The notes under the pieces are model-generated. The model ran no database searches. It was given only the letters and a program-made list of their open reading frames with translations, and was not told the DNA's origin. From Chiloscyllium plagiosum (lineage: Eukaryota): a DNA stretch of 64,000 nucleotides. This document shows positions 63,500-64,000 of the stretch, in pieces (within the stretch, counting starts at the first letter, position 1; every line of letters starts with the position of its first letter). The DNA lies in assembly GCF_004010195.1 (NCBI RefSeq), contig NC_057719.1, positions 45,688,658 to 45,752,657 of the forward strand. The letters are read 5' to 3'. The position numbers and the translations under genes are program-made.

Positions 63500-64000
63500 G
63501 GCATTGCACATTGAACTACTTAATAAGAGGAATCCATGGTAATGGGGTAGTATGTTATGGATATGATGTATATTAATGACTTTGACAAGTAATGTAAATG
63601 TACTAATGTAAATGATGAGACAAAGGTAGTGGGAAGTCAAGTAACGAGGATGACCATGAAGTCATAGAGGTGAGGGATATCAACAGGTTAAGTGAATGAA
63701 ATACCTTGGCAGATGGAATATAATGTGGAAAAATGGGATGTTATGCACTTCAGCAGAAAGAATAGAAAAGCTGGATGATGTTTAATTGAGGAAAGGCTGC
63801 ATAATGCTACAGCACAGAGGAGTTTCAGTCCTCGTTTATGGCTCACAAAAAGCTAGCATTCAGGTTCAGTGGATAACAGAGAAGGCAAGTGGAAAATTGG
63901 CCTTTGTTTCAAATTAGCCAATAAATATAGGAGGTCTTGCTAAAATTATGCAATTTAGACTACACCTGGAATACCATGAAATGCTTCTGATCCTCTTATC
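63500..64000 (+). mobile_element. Old CR1 RT C-terminal fragment
   Basis: tggcagatggaatataatgtgg (WQMEYN) and downstream residual similarity to the other CR1 copies. Confidence 0.6.

Noticed and set aside
1..64000. CRISPR arrays, operons or other prokaryotic systems
   Set aside because: The DNA is vertebrate intronic sequence. There are no regularly spaced direct repeats and no intact long ORFs.

Overview
Eukaryotic, repeat-rich intronic DNA, almost certainly from a shark (elasmobranch), inferred from HE1-type V-SINEs, Deu-domain SINEs and abundant CR1 LINEs. The only host gene I can support is TXNDC16 (ERp90) on the minus strand. Six internal coding exons (62644-62773, 61246-61392, 45378-45437, 35852-36020, 28027-28163, 15969-16053) have canonical GT-AG sites and splice into one open frame; the gene continues beyond both ends of the window. 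The introns are a nested mosaic of decayed CR1 LINEs (one near full length), two L1/Tx1-type LINEs, tRNA-derived SINEs, solo LTRs, TA-flanked MITEs and many Penelope-like element (PLE) fragments. The most striking non-coding signal is a set of four distinct families of minimal type I hammerhead ribozyme motifs (CUGANGA-N-stem II-GAAA-palindromic helix III) carried by PLE pseudo-LTRs. Several of these occur as short fold-back or ribozyme-only insertions with 12-15 bp target-site duplications, and several lie in the sense orientation of the TXNDC16 pre-mRNA. All calls were made by eye. Exon, TSD and ribozyme coordinates were counted base by base; LINE boundaries are approximate.
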